DNA of 54,815 bases, the filler included, from Sphacelaria rigidula (Eukaryota): the NCBI GenBank assembly GCA_964200075.2. It is 3 parts of 3 records of this genome, joined end to end, with 100 filler letters (N's around TTAATTAATTAA, not from the genome) between each part and the next. Parts side by side here need not be neighbours in the genome. Positions count along the whole stretch, not along the records: positions 36,615 to 54,815 come from CAXNAA020000897.1; 2 more parts are not named here. The stretch is one strand, 5' to 3'. The position numbers and the translations under genes are program-made. Positions 36,908 to 51,900 of the stretch are shown here, piece after piece (position 1 is the stretch's first letter; the number at the start of each line of letters is the position of its first letter). Under the pieces are notes generated by a model. That model searched no databases. It was given only the letters and a program-made list of their open reading frames with translations, and had not been told where the DNA came from.

Positions 36908-39900
36908 CTGCGCGTACAAAAACACAAGGCAAGAGTTCGACGGTGAGGATATGTCTTAAATATGACGGTTTACATGTAAAAGTGAAACCGGTTTAGCTTA
37001 CGTAGCAGCAACTCCATGAACGTCAGACCTGAAGAGGCAGGGCATTATGGACGAAGCAAGTCGTGCATGGCCGAGAGCTATACCTGCAGCTCGAAGACAC
37101 AGGAAATAGCCTCCCAACTACGCCCTTATGCCGTGCCGTATACGCGTGATGAATGCGTTGAGTTGCATTAATAGCACTCATCTTGCGATGCAACATTGCA
37201 AGGGTCGGACAAATAATGATTCGTCTGGAAGTTACTTGGTTTCAGTATGTCTGATTCGACTCGTACGAATCAATCCCTAGGCATTGTTTCCAGCGCTACA
37301 ACCCAGGTACACGCAGCCCAGACACGTGGAATGGCGCAAAAGTTGCGTGGATACATACCCCTTGGACCAGCGGTCAACTTTTTCCTCCCTTCTGGGCAAT
37401 CAGGCCGAAGAAATCGTGGATTTGATGATTTTTAGTCGTGCAACATTGGCAGTTGGCTACGGCTACGCCCTCATGATCTATGTGATACCGCCCTACTGCT
37501 CCCGACACGAGTCAAACCCCAGCTATGCCAGGACAACGGGTATGTCTCCGAGGTCGAAATAAACAAGACACGTTCTGTTTGTGAGGTAAAAAACATTCCC
37601 CACCAATGTAGACCAACAGTCCGAACATACACCGATCGACGGCAAAACTCACCGCCGCACAAGACACATCTTCCACTATTGCAGCACCGTGCAGTCAATT
37701 GGACATGTTACGACTAACAATATCCTGTGACTGCGAGACTACTTCGTGTACGACTGCTAGATTTTGAAAACTGATGGAAGCACATGAAAAAAAAAGAGAG
37801 ACATGGATTAAGCCGGCAGACAACGAGCGTGAAAATGTTGCCAATATCTGACAGCACAGCACAAACCATCTCGGCGTCAACGGCACCGAACACCCGCTAC
37901 CCGTGACAAAAATATGCACCAAAGATGGAGTATTGATATGAGTAATCATAACTTGAAATATATAAAAAATATTCCCCCGTCGAGTAGGTTGAAGACGTTG
38001 ACATCCAACAAAAACACCGAGATAAAACGCTTTGTTGATTATATGAAAGCGTAGACACCGCAGGATGCAAGGCAAGCACAAAGGACAGGGACATAGTCAT
38101 ACGTGGACGGTGCCGTCTGATGACGCCGAAGCTACGGAGTGAGAATTGTCCACCATGCACAGGTCCACCAGCCGCCCGCCCTGCCCAGAGTACGTGGCGC
38201 GAGACTGCGGACTGACAGCATGATCCATCCCCCGCAGCTCCCACACCTACATGGGATGGCGGGGGGCAAAAAAAGAAGAAGAAACGTGAAACATGGTTCA
38301 AGACAGGTTATTCACTGTAACGTCAAGCCTATGTGACAAGAACAGACAAATATCGAAAAACCCAGGGGAACAAGCAGCAAACGAGAACAGATCATGTTCG
38401 GTAAACTAACCAGCCATGGACGTGCTTGTGGTGGTCGGCAAAAAAGTCAGAAACTGCTGCCGCATGTCCAGCCTCGGGGATGCGTTTCAATGGCAAGAGC
38501 ATAAGCACAGTAAGTCCAGTCCAGCATAAGCATAGTGCCGTATCCTATGTGCGGGTAAAACGTTGCACGTAGTAATCCTACGCATTTTTATGTTCACCAC
38601 GCGCAGTTGTACATATCTCGCGGGGAACTATTTCGCTTCCAAGAGGACGGGTGACGTACCCTCTGAGTCCCCCCCCCCCGTACCGTCTCTCTCTCTCTTG
38701 GACTACAGTAGCGATATTTCACATTGACCGGAGAGCAGTTTCATAGCACTCTGCAGGCTAACAAAAACAGCTCAAAAGGTTCAACAGATGGACGTAGATG
38801 CTCGTTACGTGACCTAGTGATCTCCTTCCCCGCGCTCCTTGGGGAGGGGGGGGGAGGGAGTAGGGAATGGTCTCCACCTAGCTCCAAAGCTCAGCCGATC
38901 TCGTCTCTTCAATCACCATTTAAACCCATATCTCTGGCTCGCCGTCAACTCTCGTCAATCTTGCAAAACGATGTACATCCTCCCTTCACGTCCAGCGACC
39001 GATGCGTGTCACTTGAGGCAGCATGACTGCTTGGATATCGAGTAGCCCCCCACCCCTCTCTCACCGTTTTGGGTTCTAACTTCAAAAACAATATTAGGGT
39101 GCGTAGGTTTTGAGAAGTGCGTAACAACTCGACAACAGCAACGAGACAAATCAACACCAACGTGAGCGACAATATACGTGTTATCACGTTGTCGGATGGG
39201 CAGGCATACATACACACAGCGACAACAACGTGCGCCGCACAACATACGGCCCATTAGAGCTTCGGATGACAGGCAAAAATGCCATGCAACAGTTCGACCT
39301 CTATCACCAATATGTGCACAAACCCAAGACATAGTATGCTACTCTAGCTGCTGTGTTAGTTCCCAAGTTTCATTTTCATACAAAAAGTCGGAGAGAAAAA
39401 AAAAAGTGCACCGCATACGTGCCACCGCGGGTATGGCATTACACACAATGACCTTGCAAGTGCCGTCCGAGGAAGCCGACACGAAAAACGCCTGATCCTG
39501 CGACAGCGCAAGGCGATTCACCGCACCGCTGTGCTCCCTCAACGACGCCACGAGCACGCCCTGCTGTGGTTTCCAGTCTGCGCGTCCGCCCCAGCCACCC
39601 GCACCTCTGCTGTACTGATGTTGCTGAGCTGCTGCAACCGCGGCCGCCGCGGCCGCTTGCGCCTGGGCTGCGACGGCGGCAGCAGCTGCAGCGGCGGCGG
39701 AGCTCGTTGATACCGAAGCATCCCCGCTTCCCAAAGCGGCGGAGATTACGGGGTCCCCCGAAGCGGCAGAAATTCCCCCGCTTCGCCCCGAAGATGGAGA
39801 AGCGCTCCCGCTGGTGGTGTGGCCGCCCCCTGCCGCTCCCGACAGAAGGAGATAATGGGAGTACTTCGCTCCGTTCGGCGCCCTGTGTGTGTATGCGTGC

Positions 39901-42900
39901 GTGCGTGTGTGTGTGCCGTGTGACGTTTTCAGCGCGTGTGTGATGGCTGTATATAAAAGGTGTGTGCCAGGCGAAATCAAGCAATACGCGACTATGGAAA
40001 ATGGCTACGTACGGCGGCGGAGCCCTGTCAGCAAGCGGTCGGCGGGCCCGGCGGAGAAGTTTAGAGGCAGTGTGTTGAGGACGAGTCGGGGTTAATGGTG
40101 GAGTGCTGTATCCGACGAGGGAAAGATCGGGTGGGGGCAGTGCGCACCGAGTGCTCTGCTGTAGGTATGCATGTATGTACCTTACCGCCCTTGATTCCTG
40201 CTCGTAATGTATTCGGGAACTCCTGCCCCGCTTCGGTCGACACGGCCATACAGAATACCACAACAAAAAAGCACGTGATATCAGCTCGACCGAGCCCGAC
40301 ATATGCATTGGTAAAACTGCTCTTCGCCGAAATAGATACTACCGTAAAGCGAATCCCAACCCCTTATTCGAGCTCGTTTCGCCCACGTCTTCCACCCGCC
40401 GCAATCGCCATATCCAAAACGAGCCGACCATATTCCTCGTGAGAACAACTAGCGAAGCCTCACCTCACAGCCCCCAGATTCGGCGGGAGAGGGGGAACCC
40501 CCAGTGCCTTTGCCCTCCGAACTACCGCCAACATATCTGCTCCACCGCCTCCTCCCCGTGCCGCCCCAGCGTCCCACACCCCTCTGGGACTGCCGTTGAT
40601 AGCGGCGGAGCCTTGCATGCCGCCCGTGCCGGAAGTGGTGGCGGTGGCAGCCAGTATGGCGGCGTTGGATGTTGCGGTTTGGCCGTAGCCGCCGATATTT
40701 CCGCCCGCGCCGCCATAGCCGTAGCCGTAGTAGTTAGCGTAGGTGATGGCGGGGTGGTCCGGACCATCGGTGTCGGTCTGTTCGACGATGGCCATAGCCC
40801 GCCGTGCATCCCGAGGGTCGGTGTGCAGTCCTGCATGGAGAAAGGGTGCGACGGATCGACGTACACGGGCGAAGGGATTACACATGTGAGTGTGGGAAAC
40901 AGAAAAAAAAAATGCCATGCACTGACTTCCATCCTTTTGAAAATGTGAAAAACACACGACGAAGGGTGTCGATCAACACGTTCGACACACCCATTCAGAG
41001 GTTGAAGCCTCAACAGCGCTTGGCAACATTGGGCATACAGTGTATGGCGGGTGTGGTGGGGAAGCACCGAGAGAAGAATAAGGCGGAAGAACGTACAGTA
41101 TCTCGGAGCAAGCACGTGCTCCTGACAATGGCGTTGATCCCTTTTTGACTACCAACAGACACACAAAAGCAAATGGGGGTCTTGTAGTGAAACACTGCCG
41201 TAGACAACGACCTGCGCAGAGAGAACTACCCGTTACCCGCCCGGCGAGCAATTCCGACGATTGCTCGGATGTTAAGATAACTGTGCCATGAATCTTCTGA
41301 ACTCTAGCCTCCAGGCGTAGCAACCAGACAATTCTTCTTCGCCATTGCACTGTGAGCCCGTTCTATCATCCAAAGTCGCCTGTACTTCTTAAGGAATCAC
41401 ATGACGCGATGGCGTGCCAGCCGCCCCCTGAATGTTAGAAACCGATGCTTGCAAAGCGGCCAGTCTCCGCAACCTCAAAAACAACAGCGAACCTCTCTCA
41501 TCGTGCCGTCGATAACACACCCCAATATGACTGCATTCACCATCTACACATCTTTCGAATTTTCTCATTCAGGGGGGGGAGGGGGGGTGTTCCTACCAAC
41601 AAAGCTCACAAAAGTGCGGGGATCCACTTAAATACGACCAGACTCCCTGATCATGACGCCGAGTCGCCAGTACGATCATGTACGATCAGATCGCTAGCTG
41701 TACATGGCCAGACTCGTGCGGAACTACCACCCGAGCGCGGTCTAATTGGGCTCCCGTTATGCCGCACTCATCGTTGGTTGGTTGGTTCCCTACTACACTC
41801 GTACAGTGGCACTGACCGGTAAGGGCCTGCAGCAAAGACGGGTCACTCGCGAGGACGCGCGAGTCTAACCTCACATCCACGCTATCCTCTCCCCCCCCAG
41901 CGCCACCGTCCACGGCATCTTCGCCGTCACCGTGGCGGCCCGCCAGAGGTGCTGCCGCGGCGGCCACAGCAGCCGCCGCAGCACCGGCGTTAGGGTACAA
42001 CGTGGTAATTTTCTGGGTAGGGATGTAGACCGCCTGAGACAACGACTGCGGGAGACAGACCAGGGCGGTGGCGCCGGCGATGCCCCCGGCTGAGGCGGTG
42101 ACGCAAGAGGGCTGTTGTAGTCTCTGCGATCGTGATGTCGTGGTTGAGATGCTCGTGTCGTTGCTGCTCCCCCGTCGGCCTGCCAGCTTGTTTGCTGCGT
42201 GCTGCGCCGCTGTGTCCACGTACCTGTCACCACCAAGTGTTCGGACGTGGGCAAAAATAAGGCAAACGCAAAAAGACGCAAAAGGCGAGAAAAAAATCAC
42301 GGGGGGCGACGAGGCGAGGCGGCGGGGGGGCGGGGGGGCGCACGATGGGTACAAGAAGCAGCGGAGAGGGTGAAGCATACGAAATAGCTGAGCGACCACC
42401 CCATGCGTGATGTACGTACAAACGCCTATTTAAGAGGTGAAGATAACGAACAAAAAGCAAACCTAAAAGCAAGGTCATAATCAGCTGAAGAACAAGACAA
42501 AAAGAGGGGGGGGGAAGAAGTGCTCGATTGAAGATGACGAGCCATTCACTGCACGGCTTCAACAGCGTCTGCAATCACCACTTGCGCTCTCTGTATCTCT
42601 CGGAGCTATCTCAAGGAGAGAGGGGTATCAACAACATCCCATTGAAACAAAGAGAAGCTACCTTCAACGTGAACCTTCGTGACGGCTACCCTCACCGAAG
42701 GTAGAGAGTACAATACTGCCGTTAGTACCCACAACACCGCGAAAAGTCGGACGGCCAGAAATACTGACCCTTTGAGTAGCACCAAAGCCTCCCTCTCCTC
42801 CGCCGTGGCTCGCCTCGCACCCCACTCGCTCTCTCCACCCTGACCGTCAAACCCTCCCGAATGAATCATGGTAGTCATCGTGGAAGCAGCCAACCCCTCG

Positions 42901-45900
42901 CGTGCTCCCGCACCAACGACGCTACGACTGATGCCTCCCACGGCGGTGTCTCTGGGGGATGACAAGCGCTGATGCGCTGAAGCCGCGAGTCTGTCTGCAG
43001 CAGAGGTGGGTGATGACGAAGGGAACGAGGGTGTTCGTTGCTGGTGATGCCCGCCGGTGCCATCTTGCTACTCCGCCACACACGTTGAGCAACAGAATGC
43101 ATAGGGTGCGTGGGAATGGGATGGAGATGTGGAGGAGGGAGGGGGGGGGGGTTCAAAGGGGTCAATCCTAAAATACAAGGAGATGCGAAATCAAAGCGGA
43201 AGTATTTTCGACCCTTAGGTGATCAGTAGCTGTCAGTATGCTTTTCTGGTGCATGTCGGCAGTTCGTACTCACTTTTTTGTGTGGGGTTCTGAAACCGAG
43301 TCGCTGCCTTAAAAGAGTCACGCGGCTTGCCAGCAAAGTAAAAACACATGTTCATTACGTAATCCACAATTCTGCATAACAGAAACTGATGAGAGCCCCG
43401 AAACACCCAAGAAGGATCTCCCTGGCTGTGATGAGCTTCAGCGTGGCAAGGGTAGGTTAGACGCTTGGTGTCGTCACAGAGGAGAAAATAGTCACGGAGG
43501 CTTTTGGTGATCATGCCGGGTATCAAAATCGAGTTATAATACGCAGGCTATCCGAAAAGATATACAAAACGCGTGCACAGTCACTGCGCACGGCATTAAT
43601 TTCATGTGTCTCGATCTGTCCAGGCCGTCTCTTATGGGTCTTAAATTGGTCGTGGTTGGAATTCCTTAGTTTTGGAATGTTTGATCCATTTTTGGGGTCC
43701 CAAACAGGGAATACCGCCACCACGCGCCTCGGACAATTCGTATCATCTCACCGAGGGGCGTCTAGTTCACTTTTCCAATTCACCCGCCTCCGAGGGTTCG
43801 ACAAGCGCCTCCGACCAAAAATCCAACCAGACATGATCAAGTGCGAAGACGACGTAAAACATTTGAAAATATCACTGTAGACATTGTATTTTTTCATGTC
43901 CGTCGTGATTCTTGTTCACATATCCTTTTCGAAACCTCGGAGCGGAGCGAATCGGATCCTTGGGCGAGACTCCTCTCAGTGAGCTGATGTAAAGTGCCCA
44001 CGACACGTGGTGGAGATATTCCCTATTTGTGGACCAAACCTCTGCCAAACGTCCAAAACTTGAAAAACCAACAAAAAATCAATTCCAATTTTTCACAAGA
44101 GGTAGCCTCAAGCCTCCTTTTTTTGCGTCCACCTCACGTTCCCCTCGATCTCGTTAGTTTTACCGCTGGAACTGGCATAGCGTGATAACGTTATCGGGGG
44201 GAAAGAGATGCGGGGATGCAGCATATTCCCCATGAGGTGTGTGAAACCACAAACTGCCTTCACGAGCACCACCGCACGCTCTACATAAGAGCAGCAACTA
44301 CAGCGACATCCAGATGAACTTCGCATCCAAAGTCTTGTTGAAAAGCACATATTCACACCTCGCTCACCATTACCACGGCACGTGAATAAACTGGAATGAA
44401 AAAAAACACGCTATAGGCAGTCATTTCGCGCTTGCGTTTCGATTGAGGCACCGACAGGTACACACTGCACCACGAAATGAAAAACACCACGGCACGTAAA
44501 ATTCAAGAAAAAAAACTTACACAAGAAAAAGAAATGCGCTGCTAGCAGTCCTTTTTGCACGTGAGCTTTGATGGAGGCACCGACCGGTAGGTACACTGCA
44601 CTAACAAAACGATAACACAAACGCTTTGTGCTAGAAACTGCAATCGGAAGGGTGTGGTGCATGCCCCAAGCACACGACAGATCGAACACAATTGAGTCGT
44701 CGATCCGATACACCGCAACACCAGAAAAGTCAAACCATCAACCACCTAGTCATGACAATAACCTAGACGTCGACGGAATATATCGTATGTCAAACAGTTA
44801 CGACGCAAAACATACACCTCGCAAAAGTGGAGGGAGGGGCAGCCCTTTGGATTTGGGTGATAGTGTGCGTGAAATCAGAGCAGAGACACGTGGTCAAACA
44901 TTGAAATATCGAACGAAGGTCGAGAAACGAAATCGTTGCGACGGGGATGCTCAGACGCGAACAGTGATGCGAATTGAATCATGACTCCTGAATCATGACT
45001 GGACAACACTGAGAACCCACAAAGAAAGGGGAAGTAGCGCACACTCGCATTAAAAACAAGCATACCCCGAAGAATGGAATACACAGTCAAAAACTGTACC
45101 ACTCACAGTATCGACTACTGCGCCTACTGCAACAGACAATAACATCCATACTTTGCGCAGTTCATTTCTCTACAATAGGATCGATTTTCCAGGGTGTGAA
45201 AACAAGCCTACATCGTCGGATCTACGAGCCACTTCGCACACACTTAACCGGGTTTTCAGCCCTCATCGTCCAAAGTGGGTGCACGCAAGGAAGGCACTGT
45301 CATCATTTAGCGACACCGGGATAGGGCTTGACATTGGTGTAGTCAATCATGAACATAGTGTGGATTTAGAAGTGTGATATAGCACATAACCGTACGCACA
45401 AACACCCATCTCACCATTCCGGATCCTTTGTGACCATACCGGTCCTCGGATCGGTCCCCAGCACCACGGCCGGCGGGACTCCCGGATAGGCCCTGTACCA
45501 GTACAGATAGCGAGACAGACACAAGCAGAAATAGTACACGATTGCACGTTAGCCTTCTCACTTATATTGTGCTGACGTGGGTAACACCCACACAAAGCGG
45601 TGTTTTTTGTATACGCCAACCTGATGCTGTAGCACCATACCTAGTCCTTGTAATAGCGTGGGGGGGGAGAGAGTGGGGAACATCTACCACCCTTAACATC
45701 ACCTAGACCATTATCACCCTCCTGACTAACTACCAGCAAGTGACTTCCACGGTACGAAGAAATTTTCTGGAACCACGTTAATCCAGCCATCGTGACAGTG
45801 CCTAGAAACATCTCCCGACCCTTCGCTCGCGACCCAAACCACACTGACAAAAAGGCCCCGTAGTTTGAGACAATCATCGCAGCGCCGCCCGCAGTCACCC

Positions 45901-48900
45901 TGACCAAAAACAAAAGAAACCCTCAACACGGGACGAGGCACTCGTGTCATCACCTCGTTCGCCCCGCTGCCGCCACCGCCACTACCGCCGCTGACCCTGG
46001 CCGTCCTAGCCTCCACCACCTCCGCTACAGCTGCATCGAACACTACCCTCGCAACGGGAGGGCGAAGAGCATCGAGCAATGTCGTCTCGTCCAAAGTACC
46101 CCCAGCGAGAGCATACCTAATGGTAACGAAAAACGTCAAACAGGACCGTCCGTCCGCGGACATTGATGCTCATCTTGAAAAAAAAAAAAACAGCAATACG
46201 CTGAACGATCCCGTGGTAGTCGGTTTTCGATACAGGACGAGAGGGGGAGGGGGCGACTGATCCCCCGCCCTCCCCCACCCCCCCGGCAAACAAGACAACA
46301 CTCAGACAGGGGCTCCAGTTGTCGTCTTCAAACTTCGTTGGTTCCACTTCGCGTAGGCGTCGCGGAGTCTCCCTTCAAATGAAGGCATTTCAACTACTTG
46401 GAGACCCTTCTGCGATACTGTACAACACAAATGCCCCGCTCATGTGTTCACGTTCTTCGGGGCCGTTGGCGACGGCGATGCAGCTGTTCAACCGTGAACG
46501 AATCTATACCTAATTTGCGGTACTTAAAGCCCCCCCCCCCCCTCCCCTCCCTGCCCCCCCTTTGATTGAAACGAGTCCGCTGCCCCAAGGGATCAGCGTA
46601 CCTCTCCCCCTTACCTACCTCGTACTCGACTATCGCGCATTTGATCAGCACTCGCGCAATCCGGCGACTCCTATCAAAACATTTCGGCATCTCTCGACCC
46701 CGCATATCCGGACTACCAACAAACCAGGGGGAAAAGACTCGACTCTCGGGGATCGGACACACAGAATCCGCCCAAGCTAGAGTTGATGTCACGCACCACT
46801 TGAAACACTGGGGCGAGGCGGCTATGTACCTCGACACCGAGGACAGGAAGGATAAATGCGGGGAACGTATCAACTCTCCATCGTACCGTACATACCTCAA
46901 GTGGGGCCTGAGCACGGGATGCAAGAACACCTGCGTGTCCAACGGTCCCAGCGCCTCGGCGGCGCGCACGCACAGCTCCACCGCGCCAGCCCTCACCGCT
47001 ATCCCCGGGTGTTGCAGCAGAGGAGCGGCAGACTTGGCCTGCGCCGGGAGCGCGTATCTCGGCAGCAGTCCAAGGCCGGCGAGGGATGCGAGGCATCGCA
47101 AACCCCGGGCCACCACAGCCTCCCTGGCGTCGACTAGAGTATTCTCGATGCACGGCAAGATGAAGCGAGTCGTTGCCACCTTTTGTGTCGGGTAAAGAAA
47201 AAGGGGGAGCGAACGGAAAGGGGATTCCATTTGTGTCTGTCACGCCTGCCTTTCATCGCATATCGGCGTGCCATACTTGAGGGTATTGGCTGCATCGTAT
47301 TCCCCACAGAAGGAAGTACAGGCCCACCAGACACCATGACATTACCGTCTCACGCAACCTCGTTGCCCTACTGTGATGCTCACCTCCCCAGCAAGGGCAC
47401 ACACAGCTGGAATATGATCGCAGAACGCAGCACGTAACGACCAATCCCTGGATTTCGGGCAGAGGCAGGGAGTTCAAACAAGCGGAATCCATTGATATGA
47501 AAGTCGCGGCACGAGCGGGCGGGGAAGAGGGGGTGACACCCAGGTCAGCGCGCATGACACTACGGCATGAGGGAAGGGTTCGAGGTGTTGGTCCTGAGAA
47601 AGGTCCTCTAGTGTACAACAGAGGAACGATTAGTCGAAGTTGATACCCAAAAAGAGACGTCATTTTCTGGTGCAAGCAATACCCCATGAATCGCCCGTTA
47701 AAGGCAAGAATAGGCTGCAAAAAAAAAGACATCACTGTGTCGCTTTAGGTGTGTGAACGCCCTCATGCACCAACGTGACAAGTAACCGCAGCGCCTGAGA
47801 AGAGAAGGTATGTTACGCGTCCTACTAGCACTTGCGCACAAGTGTTCTTGCGTAGCCAGTGATGGCGCTGAAAACAGCGTTGGTACCATTTGCGAAATGG
47901 CCAACAGCGAATTTTACCAGTCGTAGCTTCACGAATCCTGAATCGAATTGCTAGATCCTGCATAAACCTTGACGGCTCGACTGCGACGCTAGGGCGTGAA
48001 GGGTGCACAAAACATGTCTTGGCGAGTGTCTATCACGTGCAGTGGCTCGCCACAACATCAGCACACCTTCCGGGGGAAACACTTCCAGAAGGATAGACTA
48101 GTGATCCTGGTAGCGGCGACTTGAGCACACCCTAAACAGACTGCTCCCCATTCTACCGTCGTAGGCAAGCAAGCTCCCATTAGGCAGCAACAAACGCGGT
48201 ACCCGCAGAGGATGGCAGCACCGAAATGGCGGGTGCCAAACACAATACTGCGCTCGCAAGATGTGATCGAAATTTCCCGGCACTAGTCTGTCATACCCCA
48301 CAACGACATCTTCTTCGCGTTCCTGGCAGTACAGTACATAAAACTATCGAAAACGCAAGGTGCTAGATGTACACATACACGAAACTCTCATTTAACGGCC
48401 ATCCCCGCGCACCTGTCATTGAGGAACGTGATGAGCTGGGGCAAGATAGAGTCCAGCGTGTTCTCGAAACCGAAGAACACGCACAGTCTCGTGATATCGG
48501 CTAGCAGAGCTCGCTTCACCACAACGGCCGCGGCGGTTACACCTCCGTCTCCGCCTACCCCCGCGCCCATAGCCCCAATCGCACCCACCCCTGTCCCCGT
48601 CCAGTCACCCGAAAGTCCCCCGCCCCCGCTACCGCTGCCGCTTGATCCTCCAGACGACGCCAGGACCACGAACCATCGACTGATCTGTTCCCACACACAA
48701 CGAATCCTTCGATATTCAAGAGATCATTCAGAGTACTGAGCAGGGAAGCACATTGAAATTGAAACCTTGGTACAGCATACGGGAGACAGCTCTGGCACCG
48801 TTGTCTCAACCGAAACCAACGTCAGCGGTGAACTATAGTATACATCCGATGGTCTGATAGAAGATGTTTCCTCTTTCAGGAGCACAAACAAAGCGGCTTG

Positions 48901-51900
48901 CAGCAGAGTAGGAGATGAAACAGTGGAGAGATGGGGTAGAAGGGAGAGTCGAGACGTAAAGGGAACGGTGCACTATGCACACGGGGCAAAAGCAGTCGGC
49001 ACTCTTTGTTTCATATTTGACGACGGCATTATTCGTAGCGGATCAGCCAATGTAAAACATCACGAATGACATGCCACAAATGAAATACAGCAAAATATCT
49101 GCCAAGCGCATGCCAAGCAGCTAGCTCCACGATAGCGCTTGGTTGCTTTTGCTTTTAACTTGGTATGAAACCACCACACCCTGGACAATAGATTACATTG
49201 TCGAAAAATGTACTACGTACAGTATGGAATCTGCTGTCTGTTGCAATAGGCGCAATCATCGATGCTGTACGCAGTACGTGTTTTGACTGTGTATTATGTT
49301 GTCCAGGGTGTGGAAACCACAGGAGATGAACCACATCACAGACCAACACGTCGAGCGATAACTAATCCGAACCCACCGACAAAAGGACACGCCTTCGAAA
49401 TATCTATGGTGGCGGCTTGAGTCATAAGAAACACTTTCGAGGCAAAGCACAGAGATGGATGGGCTACACTGACCTGAGCACGGATCGAAGCCAGCTCCTT
49501 GTCATAGCTTCCCTCCAACAACACCGCTCCAGGCACCGCCGTCGCCTTCGCACCCCCCATACCATCCACACCACCACCAACAGCACTAGGCGCAGTACCA
49601 GTGGCATTCGTATCTGCCCCGGCGCCCTCTGCGCTACCGCTTTCTGTACCAGCAGCACTCCGGATTCCGCCGCTGCCGCTGCTGCCGCCGTGGTCGGGGA
49701 GTGACTCGCTTGGTTGTTTTTCACCGGTGATTTGCGGTGTAGCGGTGGTGTCGCTAGATCCAGCGGTGCTGGTATCCGTAGACTTCATTTGGGAAAGTGC
49801 AGGAAAAGGGTAGAGCATTCGTTCGGTTGTAAGGTTCATGAGAGCAACGCCCGGTACTGTATGTTCGATGCATGGGTATGCGTGGACCTGAAGAGACGGC
49901 AGCACCTTACTTTCAAATATTCCGTACTTTCGCTGCGTCGAATATGCACAAAACAACACGAATCATCCCCTGGACAGCATCACATGTCTGCGGGAGAAAA
50001 AGCGTGGAATCGAAAGCCAGGACAGGACCGCCAACACCCACCACCGGCGCCGCGCCTCCAGCACGCAGACGAAAAAACACGAGGGAATCCTATCACGCGA
50101 CCGTAGCATCGCCGACCACGATATTAGCAGTCAGGGCTGTTCATAATACCCACCTTCCGTTTAGTTGCAGCCACAGACGGCGAAGACGAAGACGCGGCAG
50201 CCGCCGTTGCCGCGGCCGCGGCGGAGACAGACGCCGACGCGGCGGCCGCGGCTGCCGCCCGCCGCATGGCGTACGATGTTTCCAGGAAGCGACGGCTAGT
50301 CTCAGCAAGAGATGCAAGACTTTCGGCGAATGCGATACGAACAAGATCAGACGAGTCAGACGGCAATCGCTGTCCAGGCGGGAAGGGTAAGCGAGAATAC
50401 AAGGGCGGGCGGCCGGTGGCGGGGGAACAGATTGCCGGCGGAAACGGAGGCGGGGAAGGGTGATTAAGCTCAAAGACAGCTATCGCTCGCCCCAAAGTGC
50501 AGACCCCAGCCCGGCCATGCCCCATGGAGCGATGAATATGACCATCGGGAGAGGAGCGAGAGTCGTGGAGGGCGTGCGTAGTAGGTCACAACACATCACA
50601 AACAAACGCACAGACAAAAAAAGGCTGAACATAAAATTTCGATCAAGGCTTCCGCCGTACGACTTGCGACATGTTCAGGAGTGAAATCAACCCGACCGCC
50701 TGGGTTGGTGACTGACAGCATCAAAAGCACATCCTTTTGAAAAAGAGGCGCTTGAGTTTCGCGCGCCGGGGCCAAAAGGGACTCGTGGCCACACTATTCT
50801 TACGGTGGGCTTCAAGATAAGGTGAAGGAAACGCCGGAAAAATTGTTGAATCTGAATCTCTCGTAAACATGTCTCCCAAAAAAGCACTGTGTTATCGTAA
50901 CAATGTCGTTCGCATCTCTTCGTAAGACGGAAATTCTGTCACGAGTGCAGACCTTCGATGTTTTTCACAAACGACAGGCCGTATCACGATTCACCGGTGC
51001 TATCCTCCGTCACCTACGGCGATATACCGGTGTGTGCACACCCGTGTCCCGTACAGAGGTACCGAGTCATACATCTTGCACAAAAACCATGAAAAAAAAA
51101 AAGAAGACAAAACAGAACCACTAATCTCCGGGCATGGCCAAGCTTGTCGCACGAGATACGTGAAACGAGACAAGGCAGAAAAGAATCACTCCGACCGATT
51201 CCAAAGGTGAGAGGAAACGAGCAGCACGCATTCAACACCTACTGGGGACAACAATACGCGGTACACGAGGATCTATTGACCACATACAACATATCATACA
51301 GCATCCCGAAAACGTGTGTACACAGGACTTGAAAAAGCACCGCGTGTTCCCAAATCGGAGTTCACGATAAAGCACCACACCCCCTAGCTGATGATTTCTT
51401 GGGGTCTTAAAATCCCATCACTCGGGAGGATGGAATTGGTACACGATGTCCCGCGGTACAATACTGTGCGTACCGGTATGGTGCCGGAAAAAAAAAAAAA
51501 CTTTCACCCGAGTGAGTTTTGTTGCACATGGGGGGAGGATTAAATACAACATGCGGGTCGTAGGCAAAGCAATGCGCGGTACACGGCGAACAGAAATGCG
51601 GCCGAGACGATTGACAGCAGAGTCAACGAGAGCAAAGAGCCCTGCAAAAGCAAGAGTTGGAACCACAACCCAAAAATACCGAGATACAAGAAAAACATGT
51701 GACACTTGAAGGGTGGAGAGGAAAGAGCTATGACATTCCTCAAGTACGAAAAACCGTTTTTTTTTCACGGGCTACAATACGTGCATGGCAGACGACCAAA
51801 AACGAAGGCTGGGATGAAGAAAAAAAAAGTGCCGTGAGCACGCAAAATTAAAAATGGATGTATCTGCTATGGCGTGTCAAAGCCTCTTCACCTGGAGGGC

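Noticed and set aside
48100..48250. Possible extra VPS15 exon (AQVAATR-like text)
   Set aside because: The flanking exons join directly to give the conserved NDR-DW motif, leaving no room for it.
39566..50390. Long plus-strand ORFs opposite VPS15 exons (e.g. 40439-40948, 46566-47195, 49872-50390)
   Set aside because: These are antisense shadows of GC-rich exons.
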